Source: a virus. Taken from it: a stretch of DNA of 38,011 nucleotides. The position numbers were made by a program, and so were the translations under genes. The stretch lies in IMG/VR virus record IMGVR_UViG_3300042806_000370; one strand, 5' to 3'. This document shows positions 33,559 through 38,011 of this stretch, piece after piece; positions within the stretch are counted from its first letter, which is position 1, and each line of letters opens with the position of its first letter. Under the pieces are notes generated by a model. That model made no database searches. It was not told the origin of the DNA and worked only from the letters and a program-made list of their open reading frames with translations.

Positions 33559-35718
33559 ATGATCAACATCAACACAACTTCAAAGAATGTTCTTGCCAAG
33601 GTCCTTGCTACTGAAAACATCATCGTTCGCCATGATGCCAAGGCCAAGACTGCCTCTTTCGATCTGCACCGCCGAGTCCTGACTCTCCCTGTGTGGAAGT
33701 CCATGTCGAGCAGCCTGTGCGATATGCTCATCGGGCATGAAGTGGGTCATGCTCTCCACACCCCAGGAATGAATCCTGATACCTTCAAGGAGTATGTTTT
33801 CAACATTGGTGATAATTTTGATATTGCTCTGATGATTTGGAACACGGTAGAGGATGCTCGTATTGAGCGTATGATCAAGAACGATTACCCCGGTCTGCGT
33901 CGTGACTTTTATCATGGCTACCGAGAGATTTACGACATGGATCTCTTTGAAATCAAGAGAAAGAATCTGAATGATCTTCCGTTCATTGACCGTTTGAATC
34001 TTCACTTCAAGATCGGTCCCATTCTTCATGATGACATTGAGTTCTCTGCTGAAGAGATGGTTTTCATCAATCGGTGTGAAACTGCTGTGACTCATGAGGA
34101 TGTTACTACTCTGAGCAAGGATATCTACGATTTCATGCATATGGAAAACGAATCCTCTGAACAGAACGAACAGAGTAATCCCATCAACATTATCTTCAAC
34201 CAAAGCGGTGAAGAACAGGATGGAAGCAATGAGGTCCAGGTCCAAATGAGCGAGTCTCAGGAAGATAAGAGTGGGAAGCAAGGTCAGAATGCAACCAATG
34301 GGACCAGTTCATCCGGCCCTCAACACAATAATAGTCCGATCAAGCCGGGAGAAACCATCGAAGCACTCAAGCGTAATCTTGAGAATAAGACTTCTGATCA
34401 TGGTGGTACGATCATCGCCACTGTTCCCACTCCCGATCTGAACAAGATCATTGTCGATCATAAGATTCTGTACAATCGTGTTGATGATAAGATGTTGCAG
34501 TATTGCTGTGGCAGCAGCGTTGATCGTTTCGTTGAGGTGAACAATCGTTTCATTGATATCGTCAAGCGCATCAAGGCAGACGGTGTTCGTTCTGTTACTA
34601 CCATGATCAACCAGTTCAACCGTAAGAAGGCTGCTGACGAGGCCCGTAAGTCTCGCATTGCCAAGACTGGCAAGTTGAACATGGACAAGCTTCACCAGTA
34701 CAAGATCAATGACGATATCTTCCTGTCTCGTCTGATCACCAAGAGCGGCAAGAATCACGGCTTTGTCATCTATATCGACTGGAGTGGATCGATGAGCCAT
34801 ATCGCTCACGATGTCATTCTTCAGTTGTTCCAGATTGCCATCTTCTGCCGCAAGGTCAAGATTCCGTTTGAAGTCTACACCTTCACGAATTGCATGTTCA
34901 ATGATCGTGGTTGGGAAAATCAGTTCACCAAGAGTGACGAATTTTCTTTCCAGATGAATGACTTTTGCATGTTGAACATTCTCTCTTCTCGTATGTCAAA
35001 CATCGAGTTTGATCATGCCATGAAGATTCTGACTTGGGTTTCGATTGCTCATAACGGAAACAAGATTAAGAAGTATGGCCTGATGGCCCACATGCCAGTC
35101 TGTCCGCGTGAGTTCATGATGTCTTCTACTCCCCTTAACCAGGCTCTTGTGTGTGCTCTTGATATGGTTCCTGAATTCCGTAAGAAGTACAATCTTCAGG
35201 TTGTCAACACGGTTTTCATGACTGATGGTGATGGGGATAGTGTTTCATATGAGAGTGATGTGTATGAGAACCGAAAGAATTATGTTCTCTACGACAAGCA
35301 GACTGGTCAATCGTTTAATTACAATGCCTATGGCAACGAAATTACTTCGGTCCTTGGCCGTCTGCTCAAGGTTCGTACTGGTTGCAATACTCTTCGCTTC
35401 CACCTGGACACCGTTCGCAAGGTCGAGAACGCCCCACATAACGTCATGACTGGCAATGAGTCTACGGAGCAAAAGCAGGCGATGCAAAAGCTTTATGAGG
35501 CTGAAGGCTTCTTCTACGGTACGAATAAGAATGGGTTTGATGAGTTGTTTGTCGTGAAGGCCAACACCGAGATCGATATCAATGATGATGAAGATCAAAT
35601 CCTTGAAGCCAAGAAGGGCAACTTCACTGCGCTAAAGACTGCATTCCTCAAGATGAATGACCGAAAGACAACCTCCCGAGTCTTGCTCAATCGGTTTATC
35701 GATCTAATCTCTGTATGA
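33559..35718 (+). CDS. HExxH peptidase-like plus VWA (CobT-like) protein, MoxR partner
   Basis: HEVGH, NTVEDARIE, MIDAS DWSGSM, TPL, TDGD; leaderless after TTGCAT-N18-TATACT (33523-33552). Confidence 0.9.
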   Translation: MININTTSKNVLAKVLATENIIVRHDAKAKTASFDLHRRVLTLPVWKSMSSSLCDMLIGHEVGHALHTPGMNPDTFKEYVFNIGDNFDIALMIWNTVEDARIERMIKNDYPGLRRDFYHGYREIYDMDLFEIKRKNLNDLPFIDRLNLHFKIGPILHDDIEFSAEEMVFINRCETAVTHEDVTTLSKDIYDFMHMENESSEQNEQSNPINIIFNQSGEEQDGSNEVQVQMSESQEDKSGKQGQNATNGTSSSGPQHNNSPIKPGETIEALKRNLENKTSDHGGTIIATVPTPDLNKIIVDHKILYNRVDDKMLQYCCGSSVDRFVEVNNRFIDIVKRIKADGVRSVTTMINQFNRKKAADEARKSRIAKTGKLNMDKLHQYKINDDIFLSRLITKSGKNHGFVIYIDWSGSMSHIAHDVILQLFQIAIFCRKVKIPFEVYTFTNCMFNDRGWENQFTKSDEFSFQMNDFCMLNILSSRMSNIEFDHAMKILTWVSIAHNGNKIKKYGLMAHMPVCPREFMMSSTPLNQALVCALDMVPEFRKKYNLQVVNTVFMTDGDGDSVSYESDVYENRKNYVLYDKQTGQSFNYNAYGNEITSVLGRLLKVRTGCNTLRFHLDTVRKVENAPHNVMTGNESTEQKQAMQKLYEAEGFFYGTNKNGFDELFVVKANTEIDINDDEDQILEAKKGNFTALKTAFLKMNDRKTTSRVLLNRFIDLISV

Positions 35719-35745
35719 AAAAGGCCCCTTTCGGGGCCTTTTTTT
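35718..35745. terminator. Bidirectional terminator
   Basis: AAAAAGGCCCC-TTTC-GGGGCCTTTTTT. Confidence 0.9.
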
Positions 35746-35917
35746 ATCTTCTTCCGCCTTTTCTTCTCTTTTTAGAAATTTCTATTGCTGCTAATTGTTT
35801 CATGGCGGATTTTTTACTTGGATGTTTTCCCAGTATCTTTTGGCCTGAAGAATCTTTAACCAAAAAATTTTTTCCGCTTTTGACAATCATCTCCATAATT
35901 TCAGTCATTTTCTTCAT
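35744..35917 (-). CDS. Small basic late protein (57 aa)
   Basis: CTAAATA upstream; LGKHPSKKSAMKQLAAIE. Confidence 0.65.
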   Translation of the reverse strand: MKKMTEIMEMIVKSGKNFLVKDSSGQKILGKHPSKKSAMKQLAAIEISKKRRKGGRR

Positions 35918-35972
35918 GACATTATTTAGGCATTTGCTAAAATGAATTCCTATGCGTAATAAATATAAGCAG

Positions 35973-36476
35973 ATGAGCAAAAGAGTATTACTCTTAAACG
36001 CATCAGAAGAAGTGGTCAACATTATAGAATGGAATCGTGCTGTCAAATTGCTGTATAGCGGAAAAGCACTTGAACATAATGTTGACGAATTTTACGAGAT
36101 ACGATTGCCTGATAAGGTAATTCGTCTTCCTAAAATCATTATTCTTAGGAATTACATTCGTATTCCATACAGAAGAATCACACCCACTCGTAAAAACATT
36201 TTTTTACGAGATCAATATAGCTGCCAATACTGTGATGACAAACTCACAGAAGACACGGCAACAATTGATCATGTGACTCCAAGGAGCAAGGGTGGTGGTT
36301 CTACATGGGAAAACATGGTCACTTGTTGCCGCAAATGTAATCTGAAAAAGGCAAACAATTATCCAAAGGATGTAGGACTCAAGCTAAATAAGAAGCCAAG
36401 ACCACCACTTGTAAATGTTCTTGGTTTAAGAGAATTGATTGAATTGAACAAATGCTGGTCCAAATTTGTAGGATAA
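35973..36476 (+). CDS. HNH endonuclease (McrA-like)
   Basis: VLLLNAS, RDQYSCQYC, TIDHVTPRSKGG, WENMVTCCRKCN. Confidence 0.9.
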   Translation: MSKRVLLLNASEEVVNIIEWNRAVKLLYSGKALEHNVDEFYEIRLPDKVIRLPKIIILRNYIRIPYRRITPTRKNIFLRDQYSCQYCDDKLTEDTATIDHVTPRSKGGGSTWENMVTCCRKCNLKKANNYPKDVGLKLNKKPRPPLVNVLGLRELIELNKCWSKFVG

Positions 36477-36479
36477 AAT

Positions 36480-36779
36480 ATGCCAACTTATAATTACGAA
36501 TGCACAAAGTGTAAACATCTGTTTGAACAAGTCGAAACAATCGCAAATCGAAATGCTCCATGCGAAAAACCTTGCCCTGAATGTAAGGAGATGGGCGTTG
36601 AAAAGAGCTGGGTTGGTCAGACCCCAGGACTGGCCGCTGATACCACTCTAACGGCTAACAAGGCTACTGGTGGGGCTTGGAATGAGCTTATGAGCAAGAT
36701 GAAGCGAGGTATGCCAAAGCGGTATCACAAAAATATGGATAGGGCTACCAATAAAACTGGAACTCGTTGGAAATCATAA
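36480..36779 (+). CDS. FmdB-family zinc ribbon protein
   Basis: MPTYNYECTKC...CPEC. Confidence 0.85.
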   Translation: MPTYNYECTKCKHLFEQVETIANRNAPCEKPCPECKEMGVEKSWVGQTPGLAADTTLTANKATGGAWNELMSKMKRGMPKRYHKNMDRATNKTGTRWKS

Positions 36780-36787
36780 ATACCAGT

Positions 36788-37789
36788 ATGAAAGACTTTC
36801 AAGAACTAATAGAACAAACAACAGAGATTGTCGAAACTGATCAAGAAAAGGATCATTTGGCAGAAAATATTCTTAGAACTCTCGAAAAAACAGAATTTTA
36901 TCTAAAAAGAAAACTAACTGAATCAGAATTCAATATGTTTTCAGATCTTCTATTAGAAGAAGACATGAAGTCTGATAAGAAAAAAAGCCCATCAAGTTTC
37001 ATTAAAGATACTGGAAATTGGGTAGTTGAAATTATCACCCCAAAGGGAAAGACCCAGAGCATTGCAAAAACTAGAAAAGGTCTTCTTGACACCATTTCTA
37101 AGGTAAGAAAGCGCGGTGCTAAATTTAGAGTTTTGGATGCAACAAAGGGCAAACAAGATATAACTTCTAAGATCAACAAAGTCATTACTGACCGCGCAAA
37201 GGAAGAAGAAATTAGAAAAGATTTCTTCGGAAAATCAAGAAAGAAGAAAAAATTTCTAAAGAATAGCGTTTCTTGGTCTGAATTTGATGTTCAAGACAGA
37301 TATCTTGAAGAATCAAAAGGATCTTTTTTTAAGAAGTTAATGGGAAAATTTTTAGGTAGTTCAACAAAAGAAACGGCCCAACAAGGGGTTGAAACTGCCG
37401 CTAAAGAAACCGTACAGCAAGGAACAGAAAGCGCAGCTAGAGAAACTGGCGAAGAAATGGCCGAAAGAGGTGCTAGAGAGGCTGGAGAAGAAATCGTCGA
37501 AAGAGGTGCTAGAGAGGCTGGAGAAGAAGCTGCTGAAAGTGGAACAAAAAGATTCTTGAAAAAAGCTGCGGGTCCAGCAGCTGCTGCTGCGACAGGATTT
37601 GGAGCAGCAAAGGTTTTAGGTGGATTTGGTCAATCTGGTGGATCCACTACACCCACAGAATCAGATGAAGGCGATTTTTCTTATTCATATGGCGGATATA
37701 GCCAACAAAATATGGAAGGTAATACTACTGGAGAAATAGATCCTTATGAAGGACCTCTTAACATACAGTGGGGAAGAAAAAGAAGATAA
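36788..37789 (+). CDS. Late protein with CTS-like leader MKDFQELIE and 12-aa E/A/G repeats
   Basis: CATAAATA upstream; ERGAREAGEE repeats. Confidence 0.8.
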   Translation: MKDFQELIEQTTEIVETDQEKDHLAENILRTLEKTEFYLKRKLTESEFNMFSDLLLEEDMKSDKKKSPSSFIKDTGNWVVEIITPKGKTQSIAKTRKGLLDTISKVRKRGAKFRVLDATKGKQDITSKINKVITDRAKEEEIRKDFFGKSRKKKKFLKNSVSWSEFDVQDRYLEESKGSFFKKLMGKFLGSSTKETAQQGVETAAKETVQQGTESAARETGEEMAERGAREAGEEIVERGAREAGEEAAESGTKRFLKKAAGPAAAAATGFGAAKVLGGFGQSGGSTTPTESDEGDFSYSYGGYSQQNMEGNTTGEIDPYEGPLNIQWGRKRR

Positions 37790-38011
37790 TGAATCAAAAA
37801 ACTTTTAATCATGATTTTGTTGAGATAAAGAGTGAAATAGAATCAAAAGAAGGCGAAAAAGGACGATTTTATATTACTGAGGCTGGAGAATTTCCTAGCG
37901 TAACCACGGTTGTTGGGTGGGAAAAGCAGGAATTTTTTCGTGTCTGGAGAAAACAAAATCCAGAAGAATCGAAAAGAGTAACTGCTAGAGGAACAAGAAT
38001 ACACTCTCTGG
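37789..38011 (+). CDS. PD-(D/E)XK phage exonuclease, runs off the window end
   Basis: RFY...FPSVTTV...WRK...ARGTRIH. Confidence 0.8.
   Translation, partial: MNQKTFNHDFVEIKSEIESKEGEKGRFYITEAGEFPSVTTVVGWEKQEFFRVWRKQNPEESKRVTARGTRIHSL

Noticed and set aside
32295-35718. Cobalamin biosynthesis (cobS/cobT) auxiliary metabolic genes
   Set aside because: Generic MoxR plus VWA architecture with a peptidase motif, and no cobN or other cob genes in the window.

Overview
Segment of a large dsDNA bacteriophage genome with T4-like regulatory signals. No structural hallmark genes lie in the window, so the T4-like call rests on the signals and gene families listed here. There are four zones. (1) 1-8.3 kb is GC-rich: six early-gene cassettes, each built as perfect 33-36 bp palindrome, then a GTCCSATAACG box, then a TTGCAA-N18-TATGAT promoter, 1-9 small genes and a terminator; a seventh palindrome closes the array. 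(2) 8.3-9.3 kb is an AT-rich junction with helically phased repeats. (3) 9.3-23.2 kb is AT-rich: about 18 genes, many behind T4-type late promoters (TATAAATA and variants). Their products share N-terminal leaders ending in (L/I)xE, like T4 capsid-targeting/prohead-protease leaders, fused to very variable cargo. (4) 23.2-38 kb holds sigma70 and leaderless genes, two tRNAs (Lys-UUU, Leu-UAA) each split by closely related ORF-less group IC3 introns and each followed directly by a free-standing HNH endonuclease, a translationally coupled array of about ten 'ERDEARR...GWDCFK' paralogs, a pseudoknot-led HTH gene, a MoxR/CobS-like ATPase with a VWA/HExxH partner, an HNH, an FmdB zinc ribbon and the start of a PD-(D/E)XK exonuclease. 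Family calls come from motif recognition by eye, not database searches. Many start codons are corrected relative to the ORF track, and several small ORFs it missed are added.
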